Assembly (NCBI GenBank): GCA_963665115.1
Contig: OY762007.1
Location: 4,480,001-4,544,000 of the forward strand
Length of the DNA stretch: 64,000 nt
Reading direction: 5' to 3'
From: an uncultured Rivularia sp.
GTDB lineage: Bacteria; Cyanobacteriota; Cyanobacteriia; Cyanobacteriales; Nostocaceae
Shown here: piece after piece, positions 21,822 through 32,208 of the stretch
How positions within the stretch are numbered: position 1 is the stretch's first letter
Layout of the letters: the number at the start of each line of letters is the position of its first letter
Position numbers and translations under genes: made by a program
Notes under the pieces: model-generated
Told to the model about the DNA's origin: nothing
What the model saw: only the letters and a program-made list of their open reading frames with translations
The model's database searches: none

Positions 21822-22814
21822 ATGTACCAATTTGAATTTCGCCCTTATCGTCGCAAATTCGCAACTCCTTTAAATACATCTCACGGTATTTGGGAAAGTC
21901 GGGATGGTGTTATTCTTCGTCTTCACAATGAAACTGGGAAAGTGGGATGGGGAGAAATTGCTCCGATTAGCTGGTTTGGTTCGGAAACTGTCCAACAAGC
22001 GGTTTCATTTTGTCGCCAATTATCAAACGAAATTAGCGATGAAGAGATTTTTTCGATTCCCGATAGATTGCCTACTTGCCAATTTGGGTTTGAGTCAGCA
22101 CGAGAAATGATAGAACAAAATAATTCTTCTGCTTCTTTGGTTTCTCAAAATCTCACTAAGAGCGTTTTATTACCTGCTGGAAAAGCAGCTTTAAGTCAAT
22201 GGCGAAATGTATGGGATATTGGTTCTCATAGTTTCAAATGGAAAATCGGCGTTTATCCCGTTGCAGAAGAAACATTTATTTTTGATTTACTTGCTGGAGA
22301 ATTACCTGCTTTTACAAAACTCCGGTTGGATGCGAATGCTGGGTTAAACTACCGCGAAGCTGAAATTTGGCTGCAAAAATGTGATGATATCAATATAAAT
22401 AATGATATTGATTTAGAAATCGAATTCATTGAACAACCGCTTTCAGTCGAGAGGTTTCCAGAAATGTTGGAATTGAGTCGTAACTACACCACGAAAATAG
22501 CCTTAGATGAATCTGTAGCTACACTCGAACAACTTCAAAGCTGTTATCGAAACGGTTGGCGAGGAATTTTCGTTATCAAAGCCGGTATCATCGGCTCCCC
22601 ATCACGCTTACGCGAATTTTGTCTTACTCATAAAATTGATACTGTATTTTCATCAGTTTTTGAAACCAGTATTGGCAGAGAAGCAGCATTATCATTAGCC
22701 GCAGAATTATCGCAACAAAAAAGAGCGGTTGGTTTTGGTGTCAATCATTTCTTTACTGAAAATGAGCAAATTTGTTTGGATAATTTATGGAAGAATACTT
22801 CACATATTTTGTAA
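21822..22814 (+). CDS. menC: o-succinylbenzoate synthase
   Basis: FKWKIG, LRLDANAG, FIEQPL, IALDESV. Confidence 0.92.
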   Translation: MYQFEFRPYRRKFATPLNTSHGIWESRDGVILRLHNETGKVGWGEIAPISWFGSETVQQAVSFCRQLSNEISDEEIFSIPDRLPTCQFGFESAREMIEQNNSSASLVSQNLTKSVLLPAGKAALSQWRNVWDIGSHSFKWKIGVYPVAEETFIFDLLAGELPAFTKLRLDANAGLNYREAEIWLQKCDDININNDIDLEIEFIEQPLSVERFPEMLELSRNYTTKIALDESVATLEQLQSCYRNGWRGIFVIKAGIIGSPSRLREFCLTHKIDTVFSSVFETSIGREAALSLAAELSQQKRAVGFGVNHFFTENEQICLDNLWKNTSHIL

Positions 22815-24274
22815 ATAATGACTGTTTAATTTGCGAAGATAGTCATTTATTAACTGAGTTAATCGAAAAATTTGATTTAGATATTATTAAGTTCAAACAA
22901 GAGTATTCTTATTTACCGAAAATTATTTTAAACGAACGTCGATCGGTATATTTTTTAGCTAGTTTTATTGCAGCTTGTAAAGCAAATTGCCCCGTTTTTT
23001 TATGCAATCCCGATTGGGGAAAACAAGAATGGCAGCAAGTATTTGATTTAGTCAAACCAGATATTCCCAATCCCCAATCCCCAATCCCCAATCCCCCATC
23101 CCCAATCCCCAATCCCCAATCCCCACACATCATGATTCCTACGGGTGGATCGTCGGGTAAAATAAAATTCGCCGTTCATACTTGGGATACTTTGGCGGCT
23201 TCGGTAAAAGGATTTCAAGAATATTTTGCAGTTAATAAAATTAATTCTTTCTGTGTTTTGCCGCTGTATCATGTTAGCGGTTTAATGCAGTTTATGCGCT
23301 GTTTTCTAACTGGTGGAAAGTTAGTTAATTTACCTTTTAAAAAGCTTGAATTAGGTCAAGTAGATAATTTTGAAAACTTAATTGATAATATTGATTTTTT
23401 TATATCTTTAGTTCCTACTCAATTAGAACGTTTATTGCAAAAACCAGATTTAACTCAATGGCTGAGTAAATTCCAAACTGTACTTTTAGGAGGTGCCCCT
23501 GCTTGGGATGAATTATTACATAAAGCCAGATTTCATCGTATCAGAGTAGCCCCCACCTACGGAATGACAGAAACAGCTTCTCAAATTGCGACTATGAAAC
23601 CAGAAGATTTTTTAATAGGTAAAGTTGGTTGCGGTAAAGTTCTTCCTCATGCAACAGTACAAATTCGCGGCGAAAAAGGAAAGAATTTACAAATTAATCG
23701 TGTCGGAAGTATCAATATTCAAGCCGAATCATTAGCTCTTGGTTATTATCCTCTTAGTGGTGCAACACAAACTTGTTTGCAAATAGATGATTTAGCTTTT
23801 TTAGACGAACAAGGTTATCTAAACATTGTCGGCAGAAATAGCGACAAAATAATTACTGGTGGAGAAAACGTTTATCCCGCAGAAGTTGAAGCTGCAATTA
23901 GAGCAACCGGGATGGTGGCTGATGTTTGTGTAATTGGTATAGCCAATCGAGATTGGGGACAAGTTGTAACGGCTATTTATGTAGAAAAATCAGATGTTGA
24001 TTATCAAGTGGGCAAGATGTCCGCAATACGGCAAGATAAAGACGAAATAATACCAATTCAAGCTTTACTTAAGCAGAGAATAAGTAACTATAAAATTCCT
24101 AAAAATTGGATTTGTGTTGAGTCGTTACCTCGTAATTCTCAAGGTAAAATTAATCGGCAAAAGCTTTATGATATTGCTATGGAATGGGAAGAATTGTCCG
24201 CACAATCGCCCTCACCCTCGAAGGGTGGGGCTATCGGGGACAAAGCCCCACCTGCGTGGGCTGAATCGAGATGA
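22787..24274 (+). CDS. menE: o-succinylbenzoate-CoA ligase, carrying in-frame repeat insertions
   Basis: PTGGSSGKIK, YGMTETASQ, GRNSDKIITGGENV, PRNSQGKI. Confidence 0.92.
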   Translation: MEEYFTYFVNNDCLICEDSHLLTELIEKFDLDIIKFKQEYSYLPKIILNERRSVYFLASFIAACKANCPVFLCNPDWGKQEWQQVFDLVKPDIPNPQSPIPNPPSPIPNPQSPHIMIPTGGSSGKIKFAVHTWDTLAASVKGFQEYFAVNKINSFCVLPLYHVSGLMQFMRCFLTGGKLVNLPFKKLELGQVDNFENLIDNIDFFISLVPTQLERLLQKPDLTQWLSKFQTVLLGGAPAWDELLHKARFHRIRVAPTYGMTETASQIATMKPEDFLIGKVGCGKVLPHATVQIRGEKGKNLQINRVGSINIQAESLALGYYPLSGATQTCLQIDDLAFLDEQGYLNIVGRNSDKIITGGENVYPAEVEAAIRATGMVADVCVIGIANRDWGQVVTAIYVEKSDVDYQVGKMSAIRQDKDEIIPIQALLKQRISNYKIPKNWICVESLPRNSQGKINRQKLYDIAMEWEELSAQSPSPSKGGAIGDKAPPAWAESR

Positions 24275-24346
24275 ATTAGAATGTGATATCTATGATTCAA
24301 AAACGCTTGCTTAATTTTAGGTAAGCGTTGAGGGGAGTATTTTTTC

Positions 24347-24751
24347 CTAACGTAACCTCTCCAAACATTTCACAATTTCTGCTGACAATCCAATCTTTTT
24401 TCTGCTTGCTGCATCAATACAAACATGACGAGTCATCGCTTTAGCTGCAAGCTTATCGTTAATAGAAATTTGATAATCAATTTCAAACTGCTCGGTGCGG
24501 ATTCTTAAAGGAGTCAAGCTAACAAATAATTTATCGCCGCAATACATTGGGCGCATAAAATCAACATCAGCGTGAATGATGGGAAAAGCAGTAGTTGGAT
24601 TTGTAAAAAATTGCTTGATGTCAATTCCTAATGATTCTAAAGCTGCTTCGTAAGCTTCATGGCATATAGCTAAAACATTCGCAAAATAAACTACACCAGC
24701 AGCATCGGTATCTTGAAAGCGAATCGTGCGATTGTATGTGAAAGACATCAT
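24347..24751 (-). CDS. 1,4-dihydroxy-2-naphthoyl-CoA thioesterase (4HBT hotdog family)
   Basis: [15 protein letters not shown]; adjacent to menE. Confidence 0.88.
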   Translation of the reverse strand: MMSFTYNRTIRFQDTDAAGVVYFANVLAICHEAYEAALESLGIDIKQFFTNPTTAFPIIHADVDFMRPMYCGDKLFVSLTPLRIRTEQFEIDYQISINDKLAAKAMTRHVCIDAASRKKIGLSAEIVKCLERLR

Positions 24752-24874
24752 CGAATAGGTAATGGGTAATAGGTAATGGGTAATAGGTGATGGGTAATGG
24801 GTAATAGATAATTTAACTTTTACTTCTTACTTCTTTCCTTCTACCTATGCCCCATGCCCTATGCCCTATTCCCA

Positions 24875-25966
24875 TCAATTCCAATTATAAATATCTTCCG
24901 AGTTGGGATTAACATAAGGATGTTCTAAATCTATTGACTTCCAAGCAAAGTGCTGACAAATAATGTTTAATTTTTCTTCGGGTGAATCGATGTCTTTTTC
25001 CCAAGCTTCAAATAAAGCATTTGCAATAATTTGACAGCGATTTACACCGAAGCTCTGCTTGTTAAGGGGTTTTTCTAAAGGTTGTTCGGCTAAACTCAAG
25101 CCTGGTGCTAAATATTTGGCGAATAATGGTGTTTCTGGCTGAAAATAAGCTTGACTCTCTGCGTAAATACCCTTAAGCAATTCTTTGATGGCGGGGTAAT
25201 CCTGACGTTGAAAATTAAGTATTCCCGAATCATAACGATCGCAACCTAATGGATGATGCGGAACTTGAAAGTTAAAGGGTATTTCAACGGCGTTTAATTT
25301 CTCTGTCAAACTATTCATTAAAGCAACGGCACCTTGGGGATCTAAGTTGAAAAATATACTTACAACTTCTAATTCACTCCAGGCATTTTGTAGATCGTCC
25401 TGTTGCTGTTTACCTAAGTTACTCATCGCTAAATAGAAGCCGTTATTTAAACGATTTTTTGGTAGTCGGATATTAATTAAGTCATCAACTCTACTAGATA
25501 ATGCGTCTGGTTCTAAATAATTCTCTTCAACGTGTAATGTTAAACCATCTTTGGTTACAGCCAAACTTCCATCGGGTTCTTGCCGCAAAACCCGCCAGCC
25601 AGCATCTAAGTAACCCGTTCCATGATTATGTTGGTGTAATTGATTATAAAACTGCCAATCGATTTCAAATACACAATTGTTCTCTAAATCTTGATGTAAT
25701 AGAAGATTAGGATTAGTGGTATTTGCGGCTAAAACACTTTGCAGCGAGTTGTTGTAATAAATACCGTATAAGAAGTTTCGCAGCAGTAAAGTCAGATATT
25801 TGTCTTGTAATGCTGTAGAACTTTTCTCAAGTGTTTCTGCCATCAACCCAGGCAAACTAAAAGGTTGATAGTCCAGGTGATAAATGGAAAATTTGGATTC
25901 TATTTCAATCTGACTGGCAATTTGTAAGAAAGTCTTTGATAAAGATGTTTTAGAAGAAGCTATCAT
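24875..25966 (-). CDS. HopA1-like family protein (putative phospho-Ser/Thr lyase partner, LanY/TvaD-like)
   Basis: NHGTGYLDAGWRVL, DRYDSGILNF, LAPGLSLAEQP, SFGVNRCQIIA. Confidence 0.8.
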   Translation of the reverse strand: MIASSKTSLSKTFLQIASQIEIESKFSIYHLDYQPFSLPGLMAETLEKSSTALQDKYLTLLLRNFLYGIYYNNSLQSVLAANTTNPNLLLHQDLENNCVFEIDWQFYNQLHQHNHGTGYLDAGWRVLRQEPDGSLAVTKDGLTLHVEENYLEPDALSSRVDDLINIRLPKNRLNNGFYLAMSNLGKQQQDDLQNAWSELEVVSIFFNLDPQGAVALMNSLTEKLNAVEIPFNFQVPHHPLGCDRYDSGILNFQRQDYPAIKELLKGIYAESQAYFQPETPLFAKYLAPGLSLAEQPLEKPLNKQSFGVNRCQIIANALFEAWEKDIDSPEEKLNIICQHFAWKSIDLEHPYVNPNSEDIYNWN

Positions 25967-26024
25967 GGTGGTTTTATCGAAATTTATGAATTATAAGTTA
26001 TGAAAAATAAATGCAACCCTCGAT

Positions 26025-26071
26025 AGAAAAGAAAAGTTAACAGCAACCATTTTTGACTGGTTACTGTTAAC
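26025..26071 (-). terminator. intergenic hairpin plus U-tract between the kinase and HopA1-like genes
   Basis: Minus strand GTTAACAGTAACCA-loop-TGGTTGCTGTTAAC-TTTTCTTTTCT. Confidence 0.65.
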
Positions 26072-26102
26072 TGCTTACTGGTAAATGCTTACTGCGAAAT
26101 AA

Positions 26103-27345
26103 TTAACACCCACGCAGGCGGGTTTTTTCGTAGAAGAGGGGAATTAAATTATTCTCCTTCCCAGCTACGGAAACTTTGGCGGTTTTTACAAATGGTTTGA
26201 GAATTTGTAATTCTGATTTACCAAAAATGTCTATTACATATTCGGGAGTTCTAGTTAAGATATTTTTAGCGAATTCTAGAGCGATTAAACTAGTATGATG
26301 CAAGTTTTGCTGGCTGTTAATCTTATCTTGAATTTGATTGATTAATGCTAAACCGGCAAATTTGACAATCGACTGAATGAAATCTTTACGGTACTCTAAA
26401 ATCATCGGGAAAGCTTTAAGATAAGCTTCTGTTAAAGCCAACATTGAAGGTTGAACAATCTCCAGCGGAATAGCCGCTAATTCCAGAGACTCTTCTAAAT
26501 CCAAAGTGGAATCTACAACTAAACTTTCTAACCAGATTTTTAAGTAACCAGCTAGCAAAGTTCCCAAATCGTAAGCGGGATCTCCCCAACCACAAGCTTC
26601 CCAGTCAATCATCTTGACTTGTGCGTTATCCAAATTGGAACTACGAGAATGTACTAAAACGTTCTCTAGTTTCAAATCGTTGTGAGTTAAACAACAAGGG
26701 TTATACGAAGCAGCTAAATCCGCAATCGCAGATTCTAGAAAGTCGTGACTCTGATAATGAGAATAAAACGAAAGCCCCGCACTGTTAACTTTCCCAAAAA
26801 TAGAGGGTTCTAGGAAATCTACACCCTGTGCCGGATTAAAATACTGATAGCGAATCTGCCCAACTGGAGCAGTAGCCATAAAATCGCGACACTTTTGCCG
26901 TTTAAAAGTTGCACGGTGCAATGCTGCTAAAGTATTACCGATGGAACTTGCTAATTCTGGGGGAAAATATAGGTTATGCCTGTAATAGCTTTCCAACCCT
27001 TGGTATTCCCAAAGGTAATTACGCACGAGGATAGAATTTTCCTCATCGTAATGTACTACTAATGGAGATAACGCTTTTATATTGCCGAGAACAGGTAAAG
27101 ATTCAAGCAACTGGTGAAACAGCCATTCATTGTAGAATTCATGGGGGATACCATTAAATTCTTGGGCTAGTTCTTGTTTTACCAAAAGCTTGCGATCGCC
27201 ACTCTTAGTAACCAGTATATTTAAATTTTTGCGGCTACTACTGTGTGGCAAATCTGCATCGGCGGTTGCGCCATCTTCTGAGCTACTCAGACCCCGCTTC
27301 TTGCAGATACTGGATAACGTTTTGAGAAGACAGTGAAAGTTTCAT
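26103..27345 (-). CDS. APH/choline-kinase-fold phosphotransferase (LanK/TvaC-like); apparent +1 frameshift at C run 27292-27295
   Basis: Reconstructed start MKLSLSSQNVIQYLQEAGL; LLVKQE, THNDLKLENVL, IDWE, GDPAYDLG. Confidence 0.85.
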
Positions 27346-27406
27346 TTATTTGTTACTTCCTTAGATTCCTTTAAAATTAGCTTTTTTTGGTTTTGGCTTT
27401 GATTAT

Positions 27407-27512
27407 GGCAGCAATTCCCAGCGAAGCCCCTTTTTTAGGGAATCTTAAAAAAACGATGACTACGCTTCATTAATATCGTATTCCCCTGACAAATACCTGC
27501 CAAATTGCCACC
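27407..27512 (-). ncRNA. candidate structured 5' leader RNA of the kinase/HopA1 pair
   Basis: 10-bp closing stem and two inner stems that pair fully only on the minus strand through G-U pairs; possible pseudoknot. Confidence 0.45.
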
Positions 27513-28228
27513 TTTATCTTTACTCTGACTTTAAATTTCACTTTTGAAGCATGGTGAAATCTTTAATATTATTCAAGTTTTTTACTTACGCGAATATAGA
27601 AATTTGTGCTTTAACCTTTTAATGCCTGTTCGTTTCCCAAGATTACGTTTTTGAACAGCCGTGCCATTAACAAACATTAATATAATTATCTAGTACAACA
27701 GCTAACACTCACTCAGTACAAGAACTTTTACACACTTTCCGGAAGAATACAATTATTTTTCTTTTGGCGTAGCCTAATAATTCTTTTACGAAACCATCAA
27801 TAGCCCTCTATACCCGAAATTCTAAGCAAAATCATCAACTTTCGACCATTACCCATAGCGACATAACTGCATATATTTCTCATTTCGCAACATTTCTACA
27901 CAATTTACCTGCAACAAAAAACTTGATATTTTAGACTTTTACTGTTATGGAATAAATTCTTAATAAGTTAATCGCAGCTTCATCAAAAACGGCTCATGGC
28001 AATGCTACTCAACAATAAAACATTTATAAATAAACTCAATACCTATAATTATTTGCAATAAGGAATTGATTAAACCTTTCTTGACTCTACGATTAACGAT
28101 TTGAGGGAGTGGGCAGTAGGGAGTAGGGAACAGTTAGTAATGAGTAGGTAAAAAAGTGTTGAGCAGCCCTGTAGAAATAAAAATTACTTGTCACTTTCTA
28201 CTTGCTACTCATTAAAAGCTCTTAACTC

Positions 28229-28564
28229 TTAAGTCTGTGTCTCTTCTTTGAATCTAGGTTGCCATTGAAACTGGCTGAGATTGATTTTTCCTGCTGAATT
28301 AAACTCAATTCCTTCTTCTTCTAGTAAACGCTTTTGTAAATAATCTCCTCCTTCGCGCAAGTTTGAATAGGAAATTTCACCTTTAGCATTAATTACTCGA
28401 TACCAAGGAATATCATTAGAAACTGTATCTACCTGAAACATTGCGTATCCAACCAAACGCGCTTTACCATAAATTCCTGCTAAATCTGCTATTTGCCCAT
28501 AGGTAGCGACTTTACCAGCAGGAATTTGACGAACAGTTTTGTATATGAGATCGTATGTAGACAT
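28229..28564 (-). CDS. alkyltransferase-like protein (ATL/YbaZ, MGMT family)
   Basis: IPAGKVATYGQIA, PWYRVINAKG (Trp in place of the active-site Cys). Confidence 0.9.
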   Translation of the reverse strand: MSTYDLIYKTVRQIPAGKVATYGQIADLAGIYGKARLVGYAMFQVDTVSNDIPWYRVINAKGEISYSNLREGGDYLQKRLLEEEGIEFNSAGKINLSQFQWQPRFKEETQT

Positions 28565-28771
28565 TTTTCAAGAATTATTAATAGTCGATTGCATTAAATA
28601 TGATGGCTTAATTTATTCACTAGCGAGCGAGACGTATGTCTTTCAGACACGCTCCGCTAACGCACTACAAATGTGTTACCCCTCAAAATTAATGTGGCGA
28701 AGTAGGCAAAATAATAGCACTTCATCGCACTGATTCTGAGGGGGAATCAAAATTAATGCCAAAAAACGCAA

Positions 28772-29089
28772 TTAAACAGCAAAAACTAATTGAGAAAACA
28801 TCGCTATTAATGTCATCAATCCTAAAACAACCATCAACCCTGCTGGCATTAATTTACGTGTTTTAGCGAGTCTGATTGCAAAAACAATTACTAAAAGACT
28901 CGTAATAATTACAGCTAAAGTTAAACCCCAACTTTGTCCTTGTAATTGCAGGTAAGCAGCAACCATCAGCAATAAACCGCTGATTGTTCCACTTATCAAA
29001 GAAACTTTGCTGCCTGCACTTTTGTAACCGATGATGCCACCGATAATTGATAAAATACCGTATAAACTAGCGGCTATTATGCTTTGCAT
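28772..29089 (-). CDS. TMEM14 family small membrane protein
   Basis: GGIIGYKSAGSKVSLISG...RKLMPAG. Confidence 0.88.
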   Translation of the reverse strand: MQSIIAASLYGILSIIGGIIGYKSAGSKVSLISGTISGLLLMVAAYLQLQGQSWGLTLAVIITSLLVIVFAIRLAKTRKLMPAGLMVVLGLMTLIAMFSQLVFAV

Positions 29090-29184
29090 TTGTTAAAACC
29101 TGTGTCGATTTCCAACTATTATTCTCAGCGTAGACGGAAAATTAACAATAATATTCTTCCCCATTCCCTATTCCTTACTCCCTA

Positions 29185-30495
29185 ATGAACAATCAAGCGA
29201 TCGAATCAGTTCAATTTCTCCAGCGCCAAGCAGCTTCTCTTTTACTTTACCAGTCTGTGTTTGAAGGGGAAGTAGGTAAAACTTTTCTTAATTTATTGGA
29301 AGCTATACGCTACCCTAATGCTGAAGCACGGGATTGTCTTCAAGCTTACGGTGATTTTTTCAATATTTTGGCTAGTAAAAATCAAAATTGGGAAGAATAT
29401 CTGATTTCTCAAATCTTGATTTCGGAAAATCCTTTTAGCAATCAAGCTCAATTCGATTTACCACCGGCTTTAATTTCAGCAGCTAAACACGATTTACAGG
29501 CTTTGCAGAGCTTTCATGAATGCAGCGTTGCAACTCTTGGTGAATGGGTGCAGTCTGTTGCCCATCTACCGATTTTACCGGTGGTATGGTATGTAGAACA
29601 GCAGAAAATAGAAGCTAACGAACAATTACCCCTAATCGAAAAATTACGAACTTTGTCAGATTGGACTGATGCTGTAGAAGATTTGACAGCGTTTTATCGG
29701 CAATATGGTACGGGGATCTTCGCAGAATATAAAGCTTTTCGCTGGCAGCAGGGAGAATTAGAAGGTATACGCTATCCTGACGGGGTAAAGTTGGATGAAT
29801 TGGTGGCTTATGAGTCTGCAAAAGAAACTTTAATCAAAAATACGGAAATTTTATTGTCAGGGCAGTTAGCATTACACGTTTTACTTTATGGCAGTCGCGG
29901 TTCTGGTAAATCTTCTTTAGTCAAAGCTTTATTAAACGAATATAGCGATCGCAATTTACGCTTGATAGAAGTTGCAAAATCTGAGTTGAAACAACTACCA
30001 AAAATCGTAGAACGCCTACGGAACAAGCCACAAAAATTTATAATATTCGTTGATGACCTTTCCTTCGAGGAAGATGACGATGCTTTCAAAGCCCTTAAAG
30101 TTGTCTTGGAAGGAAGCGTAACCGCAAGACCCATCAACGTTGTAGTCTATGCAACTTCTAATCGTCGTCATTTGATTCGAGAGTTTTTTGCAGACAGACC
30201 TCAACCCAAAGATGCGGATGAAGTTAACTCTTGGGATACGCTACAGGAAAAACTTTCATTTAGCGATCGCTTTGGTTTAACTTTGACTTTTGAACCCGCT
30301 TCTCAATCATGCTATTTACAAATTGTCCGACATTTGGTTAAATCATCTAACATTGAAATTAGTACTGAAGAACTAGAATCTCAGTCTTTGCAATGGGCAA
30401 CTCGTCATAACGGACGTTCCGGAAGAACTGCACGACAATTTGTAGATTTCTTGAGGGCAGAAAAAACAATTGCTCAAAAGGTGGCAGAGAAATAG
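29185..30495 (+). CDS. DUF815 family AAA+ ATPase
   Basis: GSRGSGKS, FVDDLSFE, YATSNRRHL, SFSDRFGL, GRSGRTARQF. Confidence 0.92.
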   Translation: MNNQAIESVQFLQRQAASLLLYQSVFEGEVGKTFLNLLEAIRYPNAEARDCLQAYGDFFNILASKNQNWEEYLISQILISENPFSNQAQFDLPPALISAAKHDLQALQSFHECSVATLGEWVQSVAHLPILPVVWYVEQQKIEANEQLPLIEKLRTLSDWTDAVEDLTAFYRQYGTGIFAEYKAFRWQQGELEGIRYPDGVKLDELVAYESAKETLIKNTEILLSGQLALHVLLYGSRGSGKSSLVKALLNEYSDRNLRLIEVAKSELKQLPKIVERLRNKPQKFIIFVDDLSFEEDDDAFKALKVVLEGSVTARPINVVVYATSNRRHLIREFFADRPQPKDADEVNSWDTLQEKLSFSDRFGLTLTFEPASQSCYLQIVRHLVKSSNIEISTEELESQSLQWATRHNGRSGRTARQFVDFLRAEKTIAQKVAEK

Positions 30496-30658
30496 AAATA
30501 GAAATGTAAATATATATTATTTCTAGGTAGATATATTGACTTATTTGCTAATCTTTTATACTCATGTTTATGTTGAAGAATTAAAACCATTCCATCCTGG
30601 TATTGCGAAATCTTATGTACCTTTTGATACTTAAGCGCCAGATTTTGATAAATGAACT

Positions 30659-31981
30659 ATGCTAAAAACAAGCAACACGCAAGATATGGCCAGCAATCGA
30701 TTTATTATAGGTATAGTTGCCTTTGTAGTGAGCTTTGGGTTGACTTTAGTTTTTACCTGGTGGAATTTTTATAGTGCCATAGTTACAGGTATCATCACTA
30801 TACTTGCTACGTATACGGCGACATTTATTGTAGATAAAAGAGCAGAAAAGAAACGCAGAAATTATGAATCACTGGTAATAGATTCTTTTCATAAGCGAAT
30901 TCATGAACTAGAAAATATACAGCACGGGATTAACTTAGAAGTTCATCAATTAGAAGCTACACATCGTGCTTTGCATACTGAATCGAATCAACTGCAACAT
31001 CAAGTTGGCGATCGCCGCAATCAAAGAGATTCACTCAACCGAGAATTAAGTACCTTTGCGCTTCAGAAGAAACATTTAGAATCGGAAGTTATTCATTTAC
31101 AAAATGAAATAAAGAACATAGAGAAGAAGAAAGAAGAAGCAAACAATTCTTTTACTAATATTGCAGCCGAAAAGCGGCGTTTGGAATTAAATTGCAATGT
31201 ATCAAAATCTGAGATAACTCAATTACACGCAAAAATCGGCGAACTTCTGCAAGAGCAGGAAGAATTAGAAAATAATTTAACTTTATTAAATAGATTAAAG
31301 CCTCAGTTAGAAGAGAAACTATATGAATTGCGGGTACAGGTTCAAGAATTAGAAAGTGAAAATAAAAAGTATCTTGAGTTATCTTCTAGTAGAAACGAAA
31401 AACAAGAAAAACTAAAAGCCGATATAAAATTATTAAAGGCTCAGAAAGCAGAAGAGAGCAAGCAATTAGAACAGTTGCAGGGACAAGCTTCATTACTCCA
31501 AGAAGAAAGAGACGTGTTGCAAAACCAAGTTTGGGAATTACTGCAACAATTAGAAAACCTGAATCCGCAGCCACCTGTTATTCAAGCAGAAGCGGAAGAA
31601 ACAGAAGAATTTCCTTTTGATGAGTTGATAGAAACTATCTCCATTGAGCCAGCGGAGAAAACACCGAGTCAATCGCCAGGTTTATCTAAAGAATGGGCGG
31701 ATTTTTTAGAAAGTTTACCCGAGCATGAAATTCAGGTATTAAAAATTATTTTAAAGCAGGTTAAAGTAAAAAGTGCGATTAAAAAGATAGCCGAAAAAAA
31801 TATTACAATGCCAAATTTGCTAATTGATTCTATCAACGAACGCGCTCAAGATACAATTGGCGAATTAATAATTTCAACAAGTAATGATATTCCTGAAATT
31901 TATGAGGAATATAAAGAGAATGTTCAAAATTTGATTGCGATGTCTGAAGAGGTAGAAAGTCAACAGCCTTCTTCCAAGTGA
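30659..31981 (+). CDS. membrane-anchored coiled-coil protein with C-terminal TerB-C domain (Shango SngA-like)
   Basis: Two N-terminal TM helices, long coiled coil, C-terminal MPNLLIDSINERAQDTIGELII...EIYEEY. Confidence 0.8.
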   Translation: MLKTSNTQDMASNRFIIGIVAFVVSFGLTLVFTWWNFYSAIVTGIITILATYTATFIVDKRAEKKRRNYESLVIDSFHKRIHELENIQHGINLEVHQLEATHRALHTESNQLQHQVGDRRNQRDSLNRELSTFALQKKHLESEVIHLQNEIKNIEKKKEEANNSFTNIAAEKRRLELNCNVSKSEITQLHAKIGELLQEQEELENNLTLLNRLKPQLEEKLYELRVQVQELESENKKYLELSSSRNEKQEKLKADIKLLKAQKAEESKQLEQLQGQASLLQEERDVLQNQVWELLQQLENLNPQPPVIQAEAEETEEFPFDELIETISIEPAEKTPSQSPGLSKEWADFLESLPEHEIQVLKIILKQVKVKSAIKKIAEKNITMPNLLIDSINERAQDTIGELIISTSNDIPEIYEEYKENVQNLIAMSEEVESQQPSSK

Positions 31982-32023
31982 AGGGAGTAGGGAGTAGGGG
32001 AAAATTAATAATAAATAATTTTA

Positions 32024-32145
32024 GTAGGGTGCGTTATGACTTCAGCTTAACGCACCGAAATGTTGATAAGATCGCGAGTTTGCAAAAAAAAATAGATTGT
32101 TTTTACCATCATGGTGCGTTGCGCTCTGCGACAACAAACCCTACA
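32024..32145. repeat. inverted pair of GTAG-type REP-like elements
   Basis: GTAGGGTGCGTTA...TAACGCACC and GGTGCGTTG...ACCCTAC. Confidence 0.6.
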
Positions 32146-32208
32146 ATTATTTAATTTAATAATCCAATAATGCAACCAGATAATTGATAATCCAAAATCT
32201 AAAATCGA

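Noticed and set aside
27612..27667. 18-codon ORF (MARLFKNVILGNEQALKG) as precursor for the kinase/HopA1 pair
   Set aside because: Contains no Ser/Thr/Cys and has no leader features.
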